Origin: a virus
Lineage: Duplodnaviria > Caudoviricetes
Virus record (IMG/VR): IMGVR_UViG_3300037067_003527
Coordinates: 1 to 64,000 of that record
DNA length: 64,000 bases
Reading direction: 5' to 3' (one strand)
Under the pieces are notes generated by a model. The model searched no databases and had not been told where the DNA came from. It saw nothing but the letters and a program-made list of their open reading frames with translations. Below are positions 8,298 to 18,599 of this stretch, piece by piece (the first letter of the stretch is position 1; each line of letters begins with the position of its first letter). Position numbers and translations under genes: made by a program.

Positions 8298-10571
8298 ATG
8301 GATGAGGTACAAAAACAAAATCAACAAACAACATTACGCCTTGTAGATGTTGTAAATAAATTAAATAAAAAAATAGATGGTAAAACCTCACCAACAGAAA
8401 AACAAAAATTAGATTATCTTAAATCTATCAATGATAATTTACAACAACAAATAATTGAAGACAGAGAATGGAGACAAGACCAATCTCAACAAGTATCATC
8501 TAGTACTAAAAAAGGTCCTTTAGGATTTGCGTCTAGTCTTAAAATGCCTAAATTTACTCCAGTACAATCTGCATATGTTGGTGTGTTATCTTTTTTAACT
8601 AATGCGGGAAAGGGTGCTGTTGATTTAATAACAGCACCGTTTAGAGGTATATTAGAAGATATATCTACTGTAGTTGAAGGTATATTATCATTTTTTAAAA
8701 ATTTAATAACTAATATTATAAATGCTGTTGTTAATGTTGTATCAAATGCATTAAAAATTGTTAAATCTTTATTTGAAACTGTTGGTGCTGGTATACGTGC
8801 GTTATTAACTGGTATTGGACAAGGATTAATGGCATTTATTCCATTTCTAACATTTTTAATGAATCCTCTTGCAATGGCAGCATTAGCTGTATTTACCGTT
8901 AGTATAATAGGATTAGCAGCAGCACTCAAAATAGCGGAAAAACCATTAATAGCATTTGCTAATGTTATAGGTAATGTATTAGTTACTGCAATCACTGCTA
9001 TATCAAATGTTATAATTAAATTAATAGAAACATTTCCTATGATTATAACTGCTTTTTCTACTCTTAAATTAGAAAATATTGGTGCTATGTTAGCACTAGC
9101 TGCAGCATTACCTGTTTTAACAATGTCATTATTAACATTTGGTCCAGCATTAGCATTAGTATCATTACTATTTTCTAAATTTTCAAAAGTATTAACTAAT
9201 GCTATGCCAACAGAAGGAACTGATTTTTCAAAAATACCTTTAATGAATACTATTATACCTCAACTTATAAAATTAACTATCAATATTTCCTTGCTAGTTG
9301 GATCATTAATAATGTTAACACCATTACTTGGGTTTGCAACAATACTTGCACCATTAATAACTATTGGGTTTGCAACATTATTTTTAGGTATTCATGCATT
9401 AATGAAAGGTATTTATGATGTATTAAAATCCCCTTATTTCATTACGCCAACAGACGCAACTACATTTAATAGTACCTCAATAGCATTAATAAGTATTTTA
9501 AAATCATTAAAAAATATTGTAGCAAATACAATATCAACAGGTGTATTTGGTTTGATTGGTGCTTTTTTAGGTGGTACTCCACTATCTAGATTAACAGCAA
9601 CTTCTAAATTATTTCCTGCTATTAGAGAAATAATAGTATCATTTAATGCAAATCTTTCTAATATTACCCTTAAAGGTAATTATAATCAATTTGGTGTTGC
9701 TATGGAATCATTAGGTAAAGTATTCAAAGCATTACATACCATGATTAGATTTACTCAAGGTGGAGTATTAGGAGATATATCTAAATTTTTAGGTGGAGAT
9801 ACTAAAACTCAATTACAACAATTACCACAATATTTTCCTTTAATAAAAGATGTATTAATATCAGTAGAAAAAGAATTTACTGGATTATCTCTTAATAGTG
9901 CTTTATTTGAATCATTAGGTGTTGCATTAGAAGGATTAGGAAAAGTATTTGATGGTCTTAAAAAAATGTTTACATATGTTTCTGGTGGTGGGTTTTTTGG
10001 AGCATTAGGTACGTTTTTTAGTGGAGATAAAAGAAATCAATTACGTCAACTACCTAAATTATTTCCAGATATTAAAACAATATTAGATTCAATTGTTTCT
10101 AATTTAGGGTCTGGCACAATATCAGATACTCAAGTAAAAAATTTGGAACAGATTTCAACATTTATCAACAAAACAAAAACTATAGTAACTGATTTAATAG
10201 AAATGGATAAACAAGCACAAGGTAATTTTAAAAATATAGCAAATAATGTTTCTCAAGGTATATTATTATTTTTAGATACTCTTAGTAATACAAAAATGTT
10301 GAATTCTGTTGAAGCAAATTTAAATAGATTTGAAGGTGTAATAGATAGAGTTGGTAAACTTACTACTAATATGAAAGGTGGAATGACTATTACACAAAAG
10401 GGTGAATTGTCTATAGATACTAATGCTAAATTAATATCAGAATCAAATGAATGGTTAGCATTGATTGCAAAAATATTATTAGAAAAACCTAGTGGGGTTA
10501 ATCAAATTGATGGTAAGTCTATCACTACTATAATAAATAATAAAATAACTAAACCACAATATATATCATAA
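8298..10571 (+). CDS. Tape measure protein (gp29-like position)
   Basis: 757 aa Ala/Gly/Leu-rich amphipathic and hydrophobic protein with internal repeats, between the chaperone and gp48-like genes. Confidence 0.8.
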   Translation: MDEVQKQNQQTTLRLVDVVNKLNKKIDGKTSPTEKQKLDYLKSINDNLQQQIIEDREWRQDQSQQVSSSTKKGPLGFASSLKMPKFTPVQSAYVGVLSFLTNAGKGAVDLITAPFRGILEDISTVVEGILSFFKNLITNIINAVVNVVSNALKIVKSLFETVGAGIRALLTGIGQGLMAFIPFLTFLMNPLAMAALAVFTVSIIGLAAALKIAEKPLIAFANVIGNVLVTAITAISNVIIKLIETFPMIITAFSTLKLENIGAMLALAAALPVLTMSLLTFGPALALVSLLFSKFSKVLTNAMPTEGTDFSKIPLMNTIIPQLIKLTINISLLVGSLIMLTPLLGFATILAPLITIGFATLFLGIHALMKGIYDVLKSPYFITPTDATTFNSTSIALISILKSLKNIVANTISTGVFGLIGAFLGGTPLSRLTATSKLFPAIREIIVSFNANLSNITLKGNYNQFGVAMESLGKVFKALHTMIRFTQGGVLGDISKFLGGDTKTQLQQLPQYFPLIKDVLISVEKEFTGLSLNSALFESLGVALEGLGKVFDGLKKMFTYVSGGGFFGALGTFFSGDKRNQLRQLPKLFPDIKTILDSIVSNLGSGTISDTQVKNLEQISTFINKTKTIVTDLIEMDKQAQGNFKNIANNVSQGILLFLDTLSNTKMLNSVEANLNRFEGVIDRVGKLTTNMKGGMTITQKGELSIDTNAKLISESNEWLALIAKILLEKPSGVNQIDGKSITTIINNKITKPQYIS

Positions 10572-10579
10572 GGTAACAT

Positions 10580-11617
10580 ATGGCATTAACAATTTTAACA
10601 TATCCAAATAATAGAACAGGTTCTTATGATAAAAATTTTTCAAATAACGACTTAATAAATTTAGAAGAAAATGAAACTATTATATTTCAACCTAAATATT
10701 TTAACAAATTACAATCCGTAGGTAGTTCAGTTAATCAATTATTAAGTGATGCAAATAATTTAGAATCTAAAAATAAATCTATACAAACAAAATTAGAAAA
10801 TACAGCAAGTAGTGTTAGTAAAACTTTAAATGATACATTAGATGCTCTTGTTTCATCAAAAGAAAGTTTTGTTGACCCAAAACAATTTGAACATGAATTA
10901 TCACCTATTGATGGTGGTTTATATATTGGATTGCCATTAAAACCAGAATTTTTAAAAATAAATGAAAAACATAATTATGAATCAAGCGAATCTTTATCCG
11001 CATCTAAAATAGATTTATTACAAGGAATTCGAAGTTTAATTAAAGGAAATATAGGAGAGGCTGCAAGTAATTTTGTTTCTGCTGGTGCTTCTGCTGGTGT
11101 AAAAAAATTATTAGAAGGATTACAATCCCCATTATCACAATTAGGTGGAAATGTATATAAACCTAAAAGACAAACATACACTGGTTCTGATACTATATCA
11201 TTAAAATTCGATTGGTTGTTATCACCAACAACACCAGAAGAATCTAAAGTTATAAAAAAAATAATATCAGCATTTAGATATTTATCATACCCAAAAGGAA
11301 TACTAAGCGATAATAATAAATATGCATTTTTACGTTCTAACCCAGCTCTTTGGGAAATACAATTTCCTAATAATGGTGCTATGAAAAATATAATATCAGA
11401 AGGAAATAGATTTCCTATTATGGTATGTACTGGAGTAGAAACTAATTTTGGTGATGGTGAATGGTTTAATACATTTGAAGGAAATTTTCCAGTAACAATT
11501 AAATTAAGTATATCCTTTGAAGAATATTTTTCAATATTTGATTCATCTACTCGTTTTGGATACAAAAGTTTATCTGAACTAATGAGTGATATAAATTCTC
11601 AAAAATTTGAGGAATAA
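10580..11617 (+). CDS. Baseplate tail tube cap (gp48-like)
   Basis: LTYP start, FDWLLSPTTPEESKVIKKIISAFRYLSYP, PVTIKLSISFEE. Confidence 0.85.
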   Translation: MALTILTYPNNRTGSYDKNFSNNDLINLEENETIIFQPKYFNKLQSVGSSVNQLLSDANNLESKNKSIQTKLENTASSVSKTLNDTLDALVSSKESFVDPKQFEHELSPIDGGLYIGLPLKPEFLKINEKHNYESSESLSASKIDLLQGIRSLIKGNIGEAASNFVSAGASAGVKKLLEGLQSPLSQLGGNVYKPKRQTYTGSDTISLKFDWLLSPTTPEESKVIKKIISAFRYLSYPKGILSDNNKYAFLRSNPALWEIQFPNNGAMKNIISEGNRFPIMVCTGVETNFGDGEWFNTFEGNFPVTIKLSISFEEYFSIFDSSTRFGYKSLSELMSDINSQKFEE

Positions 11618-11627
11618 GGAGAGATAA

Positions 11628-12050
11628 ATGGCGTATTCATATTTTTCGTTTTTTCCTAATGTAACTATAGGTAATACTGTAATTAAAGATATATTTAATT
11701 CTATTAATATAAACAATATATTTTTAAATAACCCTGATTATTTCGACATTTATCATGTTAAAGATGGGGAACATATTGAAGATTTAGCAGATAGGTGGTA
11801 TAGTGATAAATCATTATTTTGGATAATAATGATTGTAAATGAATATAAAGATATATTGTATGATTATCCATTACAACAAAAAGATTTATCTAATTTAGCT
11901 CAAAAAATATTTGATGAACAAGACCCAATAACATTAACATATGACCAAATATTTCAACAATTATATGAAGATAATGAAATTAAAAAAGATATAAAATATT
12001 TAAAACCTCAATACTTAGATAAATTTATTTATCTAATGATAACTAGGTAA
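11628..12050 (+). CDS. Baseplate wedge subunit (gp53-like, LysM-type)
   Basis: YFSFFP, YHVKDGE..EDLADRWY....FWIIMIVN, IKYLKPQYL. Confidence 0.9.
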   Translation: MAYSYFSFFPNVTIGNTVIKDIFNSININNIFLNNPDYFDIYHVKDGEHIEDLADRWYSDKSLFWIIMIVNEYKDILYDYPLQQKDLSNLAQKIFDEQDPITLTYDQIFQQLYEDNEIKKDIKYLKPQYLDKFIYLMITR

Positions 12051-12054
12051 TTCA

Positions 12055-13290
12055 ATGGAAAGAAATTTTGATGTAACTACTAATATAACATATGACCATA
12101 TATTTTTAAAAAAAGAAATAAACAATGTTGTTAAAAGTATAAATTTAGAAGAATCATTACAAGAAATTGAAATACACGAATCTATATTATCTAAATTATT
12201 ATTAGGACATATTATATTCAAAGATATAGATAGAAAATTTCAACAGTTTTTATTAACTGGAGATGAAACTATTGAAATATCATTAATAAGTTCTCAAAAA
12301 TTTAGATTTTTAATTGAGTTGTCAATAACAAGTGTTGAATATATTTTTGATGAAAATATACCAGAACAATTAGTAAAATTAACTCTTAAATCCCCACAAT
12401 ATAAATTATTTACTCAAGAATATTCTTTTGCTATACGAAAACCAACTCTTATATCAACAGCAGTAAAAACATTTGCCAATGATAATTTAAATATCGCATT
12501 ACCATTATCTAATATTGAATCAACAGTATATAGTGATACTGTACCTAATCATATAGTAATACCATATTTAAAACCTCATTACATTTTTGAATATTTAAAT
12601 AAATATTGTAATAATAAAAATCATTATTTGTGGTTATTTTTTGCAACATTATTTGATTTTAATTATAAATCATTATCATATTTATACGAAGGATCTGTAA
12701 TAGATGAATATGAAGAAGTCAATAAATCTAAATCTACATATCATCCAAACTATTTTTCTGATTGGTCATTTATAAACCCTATTGATTTTGAAACTATTAT
12801 GTTAAGTAGAGGGTTTGGTTCCACTGGATATTATTTTGATGTAGAAAATAAAGAAATCATATCAAAAGAAACAACATATGATACCATTATTTCAAATACA
12901 AAAGGTCTTGGAGTGTATGCTCCATTTACAAAAAATATGGTTTTAAAAGACAATTATTCTTCAGTTAATACATTACATACTTCAATAGCATATAATAATT
13001 TTCAACCTGAAGTATATGTATTATTAAAAGAATTAGAAGACGGTATAAATATAAATATCAATTTAACAGGTATATTAGGTAGAAGATGTGGTCAAATAGT
13101 TTTTTTAAAATTTATAAGTTATTTCATACCAGAAAACAATTTCAATACTGAATTAACAGGTAATTATTTAATAACAGGAATAACTCATAAATTTTATCCA
13201 GGAAAATATTATCAATCATTATTATTACATAAAACAGGAATATTTAATAAATATGCTGATAGTATTAAATTCAATACTATAAATAAATAA
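12055..13290 (+). CDS. Baseplate hub / tail protein (gp27 or gpD-like)
   Basis: IHESI, LLTGDETIEI, C-terminal G..GRRCGQIV...GNYLITGITH. Confidence 0.75.
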   Translation: MERNFDVTTNITYDHIFLKKEINNVVKSINLEESLQEIEIHESILSKLLLGHIIFKDIDRKFQQFLLTGDETIEISLISSQKFRFLIELSITSVEYIFDENIPEQLVKLTLKSPQYKLFTQEYSFAIRKPTLISTAVKTFANDNLNIALPLSNIESTVYSDTVPNHIVIPYLKPHYIFEYLNKYCNNKNHYLWLFFATLFDFNYKSLSYLYEGSVIDEYEEVNKSKSTYHPNYFSDWSFINPIDFETIMLSRGFGSTGYYFDVENKEIISKETTYDTIISNTKGLGVYAPFTKNMVLKDNYSSVNTLHTSIAYNNFQPEVYVLLKELEDGINININLTGILGRRCGQIVFLKFISYFIPENNFNTELTGNYLITGITHKFYPGKYYQSLLLHKTGIFNKYADSIKFNTINK

Positions 13291-13303
13291 AGAGGTAATT
13301 ATA

Positions 13304-13687
13304 ATGAGTACTACTATTGTATATAAAGGACTTGATATTTCATTAGAAAAGAATATATATAATGATGTACCATCTGTAGAAAATTTTGATAGTATTAAAA
13401 CTACTCTATATAATAATTTACTAATACAATCATCATATATACCTTTTTATGAAAAAGATAAATTAGATATTAATGATGTTATTAATATGACTAATGATGT
13501 TATTACTCAAAAATTTATACAGGATTGTATTCAACAAGCTGTTAATTTAGATCAAAGAATAAAACAAATAGAAACATTAGAAATTACACAATTAGAAAAT
13601 GATGAATATTCATGGAAAATAGAATTAGAAGTATCATTAAATAATAATACTTTAACACAATCATTACCTATTACTTTGTTAATATAG
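13304..13687 (+). CDS. Baseplate wedge / sheath initiator (gp25-like)
   Basis: YKGLDISL...SIK..LYN, DQRI; size and synteny. Confidence 0.75.
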   Translation: MSTTIVYKGLDISLEKNIYNDVPSVENFDSIKTTLYNNLLIQSSYIPFYEKDKLDINDVINMTNDVITQKFIQDCIQQAVNLDQRIKQIETLEITQLENDEYSWKIELEVSLNNNTLTQSLPITLLI

Positions 13688-13694
13688 AGGATAT

Positions 13695-14540
13695 ATGAAT
13701 TTTAATGAAGATAATACAACTACATTTAATGGTTTATATAGAGGAATAGTTGTAAATAATGGTTATCAATCATCTGGTGAAAAACAAACAGAAAAAAATT
13801 TAATAGATTCTTTTGAAACAGGTAGAGTACAAATAAGAATACCTTCTATGCATTCTAATGATATTAAAGATGAAGATTTACCGTGGGCAGAAATAAATGA
13901 ATCGTTTTTATTTGGTGGTTTTTCTAATGAAGGTATAGGTATAAATCATATATTATCAATTAATATGATGGTTTGGATTATGTTTGAAGACGGAGATCCT
14001 AATAAACCAATAATAATTGGATCTATCAAAGGTAAAAATGATATTAATGCAGATGTAAAATCTAATTCAAATTGTATAATAATAGAAACACCATTCGGAT
14101 TAAAAATAACAATTGATGGAACAACAGATGAACATTCTTATACATGGATAGACCCTAATAATAATACGTATACTATTAATAAAGATGGTATACATATAAT
14201 AGATGTTAATGAAAATGATATTACATGTGATAGTAATGGAATTATTATACAAGACACTAATGGTAAAAAAATAACATTATCATCATCAGGAATAGAATTA
14301 AAAAGTAGTGGTTCTACTGAAAAAATGGTATTAGGTGAAAAGTTGAATGATTGTTTAGAAAAAATAGTTACTGCTATGGACGCTTTATTAACCGTGTTAC
14401 AAACATCTACATATATTGCCCCAGCTATTCCAGCATCTCCAGTTCCTCTTGTTGTAATATCAGCACCATATGAAGCAGCTAAACAAGCAGTAAATGCTGC
14501 TAAATCATTAATTCTTTCTTCATCAAATAAAAATGATTAG
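13695..14540 (+). CDS. Baseplate central spike (gp5/VgrG-like OB fold plus beta-helix; no lysozyme domain)
   Basis: YRGIVVNN, GRVQIRIP, LPWA, VWIMFEDGDPNKPIIIG, followed by beta-repeats. Confidence 0.9.
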   Translation: MNFNEDNTTTFNGLYRGIVVNNGYQSSGEKQTEKNLIDSFETGRVQIRIPSMHSNDIKDEDLPWAEINESFLFGGFSNEGIGINHILSINMMVWIMFEDGDPNKPIIIGSIKGKNDINADVKSNSNCIIIETPFGLKITIDGTTDEHSYTWIDPNNNTYTINKDGIHIIDVNENDITCDSNGIIIQDTNGKKITLSSSGIELKSSGSTEKMVLGEKLNDCLEKIVTAMDALLTVLQTSTYIAPAIPASPVPLVVISAPYEAAKQAVNAAKSLILSSSNKND

Positions 14541-14549
14541 AGGTATAAT

Positions 14550-14834
14550 ATGGCATTAACAGATAAAAAAATGAATAGTAATATCAGTAATTGGAATACA
14601 TGCTTTGGAAAAACATTAGCAGATTCTGTAAATGCAGATGTAACAGAAAGTGAAATAAAATTACGTATGGGTGCTATGGGTGATGCTATTATAGATTTAA
14701 TATTATCATTGAATGTAGATGAAACATCAGCAACTCATACATTAGGATTAAATAGTGTTGATGTCACATCTATTAATCCACATGCACATACTCCTACTAT
14801 AACACCAACACCACATACTCATACTATATCATAA
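14550..14834 (+). CDS. Putative spike-tip protein, His/Thr/Pro-rich C-terminus
   Basis: Directly downstream of the spike gene; ends PHAHTPTITPTPHTHTIS. Confidence 0.55.
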   Translation: MALTDKKMNSNISNWNTCFGKTLADSVNADVTESEIKLRMGAMGDAIIDLILSLNVDETSATHTLGLNSVDVTSINPHAHTPTITPTPHTHTIS

Positions 14835-14838
14835 TTTT

Positions 14839-14846
14839 TATAAATA
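14839..14846 (+). promoter_or_regulatory. T4-type late promoter
   Basis: TATAAATA(ATA) in the intergenic gap before the gp6-like gene. Confidence 0.65.
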
Positions 14847-14884
14847 ATATTAAGTAACAACTTCCCAATAAGTGAGTATTTATA

Positions 14885-17281
14885 ATGGCTATAATTGATT
14901 ATACATCAGTTGATTTTGATACATTAAAAGCAGATTTACAAAATTATATAAGTAATACAACAACATTTAATGATTATAATATTGAAGGGTCAAATTTAGA
15001 TTTTTTAATACGAATATTAACATACATAACTAATATATTATCTATTAATCAAAACCTAGCAATATCAGAATCTTTTTTACCCACTGTTCAATTAAGAAAA
15101 AATGTTTTAAGTATTATTAAAACATTAAACTATACTCCATATACAACATCATCTTCAAAAGTTGAAGTTGATTTATCAAATATAACATTAACAGGAACTT
15201 CAGGATCTGGTAATTTACTTAAATATGATAAAATCAAAGGAAATAATTTAAATTTTTATTATGTTGGAGATAGAAAACAAGTATTTAATAATACAGTATC
15301 TACTGCAATGTTTTATGAAGGAACATTACATGTAAATACTTCGTCATATACAGGAGACGACACATCATATCAATCTTTTATAATAGAAAATACAAGATTA
15401 GGTGATTATTTAAAAATATTTACTATAGATGAACTAGGTAGTAGAACATATTGGGAACAATTTGATGAAGGAACAGTATATTCAAGTCCTGGTACTGAAT
15501 ATATTTATTTCTTTACTGAAGTTGAAAATGGTTATCAAATATCATTTGGTAATAATATGTTGGGTAGAATTGTATCTTTAAATGAAATTATAGGTTATGA
15601 ATATATTGAACCTACCGAAGATAATAATGATGTAACTGAATTTACATGGGAAGGTGGCGGTGCAGATGAAGAAATAAATTCTAGTTATACTGGTAAAATA
15701 ATATCAGATGCTACAATAACAATATCTTCTACTAATACATTAGGTTCATATGGATATACAGAAAAAGAAACAATTGAAGAAATTAAATTCACTGCTCCTA
15801 AATTTTGGAGTACACATGGTAGAGCAGTAACTGATGATGATTATTATGCTATAGCATTACGTCATTCTTGGATAGGTAAAGCAAAAGTAATTGGTGGTGA
15901 GAACGTAACTAATTATGCTGGTACTATTCAATTAGGAAAAGTATTTATTTATGTTGTACCTGATTCTAATAATTATCAATTAGTTGAATTTACAGATAAT
16001 GATTTATCAACATTAGAAGAATATTTTGATGAATATAAAGTAATTACTATAACACCAATATGTTATAATGCACAACGTATTTATATTCGTTCAACATCAA
16101 CATTACGACACATTACAGATGAAGCACCAGATACAGAATCTGTTAGAACAGCATTAATTAATTTTATTAATGAAGAAAATTCAAATTTTGGAGAATATTT
16201 AGAATATTCAAAATACATAGAAACTATTAATAATTCTGATGATTTAATAACATCACATCTTACAACAAGAGAAATATATACTAAAATAAATTCAACTAAT
16301 AAAACATATGATGTATACGGAGATGAAATATATGGTGTATATAGAATACAATTATCTAAAAATTTATTAGATACATTATTATCATCAACACAAAAAACAA
16401 AAATAGAAACCTTTAACTATTATACAAAATTACCATATGTGTATGAAGAAGATGTTGATTATACTATTTCATATGATGATTTTGATACATCAGGTACTAG
16501 AACATCAAATACTGGATATGTAACTATTACATTTATAGAATCTGGTACAGGTTTAGATTTAGACACAAGTACTACTGGAAATGTAAATGTAAGAAGTATA
16601 TATACTAATGGTAGTAATGATAATAGATTATATATACTAGGTGATAATAAAGCATCACTTACAATAACAGATGTAGAAGGAAATTATATATATTATGGTA
16701 CTACTACAAGTACAGAAGCAATAACAGGTAATTATATTCACATAACATCAGGTGAATCTAAGAATCAAATATTTAGAATAACAAATATTGGTTCATATAT
16801 TCCATCTGGAGAAGATGAAACGTTTTATATTGAAGTTACACCTGTAACTCCAGATGCTGATATTACTGATTTAGTATTAGATGATACTTTTGATATTTAT
16901 GAACCAGCACCTGATGTTACATCAACTGGATATAATTTACAACCAGATTCTTTAATTAATATCACTGATGTTCCAACATCATATGTTGGATATTATAAAG
17001 TTGATGCTACTAATCCTATATATTATGATGATAGTAACAATATTTATTTAAAATTAAATACTACATATAAGGAATTACCAACAACAACTCAATCTATATT
17101 AAAAACATTAAATATAGAAGACGGAGTAATTTATACATCATCTCAATATATGTATAAATTATTTTTTCATACTCAAGATAATGACGTATTTTTACAAGAT
17201 AGTCAAGTATTTGCAATTGAAACTGATGAAAATTATGATGATTATGATATATCATTTACAACGGAAAAAGTTACAATATGA
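14885..17281 (+). CDS. Baseplate wedge subunit (gp6-like)
   Basis: DFDTLK..L, FNDYNIEGS, ESFL.T.QLR, LNYTP, FGNN, ETIEEIK..AP, RAVT.DDY, GGE, GKVFI. Confidence 0.93.
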   Translation: MAIIDYTSVDFDTLKADLQNYISNTTTFNDYNIEGSNLDFLIRILTYITNILSINQNLAISESFLPTVQLRKNVLSIIKTLNYTPYTTSSSKVEVDLSNITLTGTSGSGNLLKYDKIKGNNLNFYYVGDRKQVFNNTVSTAMFYEGTLHVNTSSYTGDDTSYQSFIIENTRLGDYLKIFTIDELGSRTYWEQFDEGTVYSSPGTEYIYFFTEVENGYQISFGNNMLGRIVSLNEIIGYEYIEPTEDNNDVTEFTWEGGGADEEINSSYTGKIISDATITISSTNTLGSYGYTEKETIEEIKFTAPKFWSTHGRAVTDDDYYAIALRHSWIGKAKVIGGENVTNYAGTIQLGKVFIYVVPDSNNYQLVEFTDNDLSTLEEYFDEYKVITITPICYNAQRIYIRSTSTLRHITDEAPDTESVRTALINFINEENSNFGEYLEYSKYIETINNSDDLITSHLTTREIYTKINSTNKTYDVYGDEIYGVYRIQLSKNLLDTLLSSTQKTKIETFNYYTKLPYVYEEDVDYTISYDDFDTSGTRTSNTGYVTITFIESGTGLDLDTSTTGNVNVRSIYTNGSNDNRLYILGDNKASLTITDVEGNYIYYGTTTSTEAITGNYIHITSGESKNQIFRITNIGSYIPSGEDETFYIEVTPVTPDADITDLVLDDTFDIYEPAPDVTSTGYNLQPDSLINITDVPTSYVGYYKVDATNPIYYDDSNNIYLKLNTTYKELPTTTQSILKTLNIEDGVIYTSSQYMYKLFFHTQDNDVFLQDSQVFAIETDENYDDYDISFTTEKVTI

Positions 17282-18324
17282 GTAGTACAATAAATTCAAA
17301 ATATTTAAGTATATTTATAGATAGATTTATACCACCATTTTGGATAAATAGATATCCAAAATTATATCTATTTATAGAATATTTTTTAAAATATTTAGAA
17401 TCAAGTACTATATTTGACACCACTCATAATTTTGTAAAATTTCGTGATTTAGATTATATAGCATCTTTATTAAACTCTACAGATACAACGGAACAACAAC
17501 TAGGTAATCAATTAATTAATAATATTTATGAAGAATTTTTAGGTGATGTTCAATATAGATATATTTCAGAAATGTTGGATGAAATATTATATCTTAAAAA
17601 TCAAAAATCAATAATACAAAGAAAAGGAACTAAAAACTCATTTCTATTTTTATTTTTAATAATATTAGGTGGGTATTTTAGAATACTTGATAGTACTAAC
17701 TTAATTAAAAAACATAATGGACAATTTCAATATAATGGAGTAATAACATATAATAGCACTGGTGTTGCTACTGAACCTTTTATATATTTAATAGTAAGTG
17801 AATTTTATCCTGCACAATATGAACGAATACTTAAAACAGTAAATCCAGCAGGAATGAAACCATACTATATATTTAATAAACTTCAATATTATAATAATGA
17901 TACAACAGGTAGCAGTATAGAAGATATTTTTAATAAACCTTATATATATGCTATAATATATAATGAGACTGAAAATTTAGGAATGATTAAAATTCCATCA
18001 ATTTATTATTTTGAACAAGTATATAATACAACAGATTATGATTATGAAATGTCCGATAGTACTTTATGGAGAAAATATAGCGATTTTCAAACAGGTGTAA
18101 CAAGTATTTTTTATAATGTATTTTTTAATCAATCTTTTTTAGGAGATACTGATTTTACAAAAATAACATTAATATCAAATCCAACAACTAAATCTTCATA
18201 CTTTTATAATCCAGATGAACAAGATTTAACAGGATGTGAATATTTGTATGATATATATATTACTGGTGGTTCACAACCTGTTATTAATAATACCAATATT
18301 AATATAATAATTAATTTCAATTAA
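17278..18324 (+). CDS. Baseplate wedge subunit (gp7 / P2 gpI-like)
   Basis: IPPF....YP....FIEYFLKYLE, RKGT..S, VNPAGMK; follows the gp6-like gene. Confidence 0.7.
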   Translation: MSSTINSKYLSIFIDRFIPPFWINRYPKLYLFIEYFLKYLESSTIFDTTHNFVKFRDLDYIASLLNSTDTTEQQLGNQLINNIYEEFLGDVQYRYISEMLDEILYLKNQKSIIQRKGTKNSFLFLFLIILGGYFRILDSTNLIKKHNGQFQYNGVITYNSTGVATEPFIYLIVSEFYPAQYERILKTVNPAGMKPYYIFNKLQYYNNDTTGSSIEDIFNKPYIYAIIYNETENLGMIKIPSIYYFEQVYNTTDYDYEMSDSTLWRKYSDFQTGVTSIFYNVFFNQSFLGDTDFTKITLISNPTTKSSYFYNPDEQDLTGCEYLYDIYITGGSQPVINNTNINIIINFN

Positions 18325-18333
18325 AGGATATAC

Positions 18334-18597
18334 ATGAAAATTAGATTTTTACAATTATTAGAAAAAATAACATATTCTATAGGAGATTTAGTATACATAA
18401 ATATAACATCATTAAAAAAATCAAATAAAGATGTTAAATATATTTCATTGATTTCTAAAATATTAAAAAACGGTTATAATAATACTGTATTTGTTAAAAA
18501 AGTATGTGATGATGATACTGTTGTTATATGTAATGATAGTAATGTAGAAATAACGGTGCCTATTACGGCATTAATAAAACCAAAAACGGATAATTAA
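18334..18597 (+). CDS. Small protein with capsid-targeting-like N-terminus; paralog of 36524..36790
   Basis: MKIRFLQLLE start; GDLVYI...VPITAL shared with the paralog. Confidence 0.7.
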   Translation: MKIRFLQLLEKITYSIGDLVYINITSLKKSNKDVKYISLISKILKNGYNNTVFVKKVCDDDTVVICNDSNVEITVPITALIKPKTDN

Positions 18598-18599
18598 AA

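Noticed and set aside
8486-11565. Long antisense ORFs (8486..8995, 10975..11565; similarly 60911..61450, 56179..56568, 7687..8025 and the other short opposite-strand ORFs)
   Set aside because: They lie opposite well-supported genes, have no recognisable motifs or RBS, and are expected shadows of codon bias.
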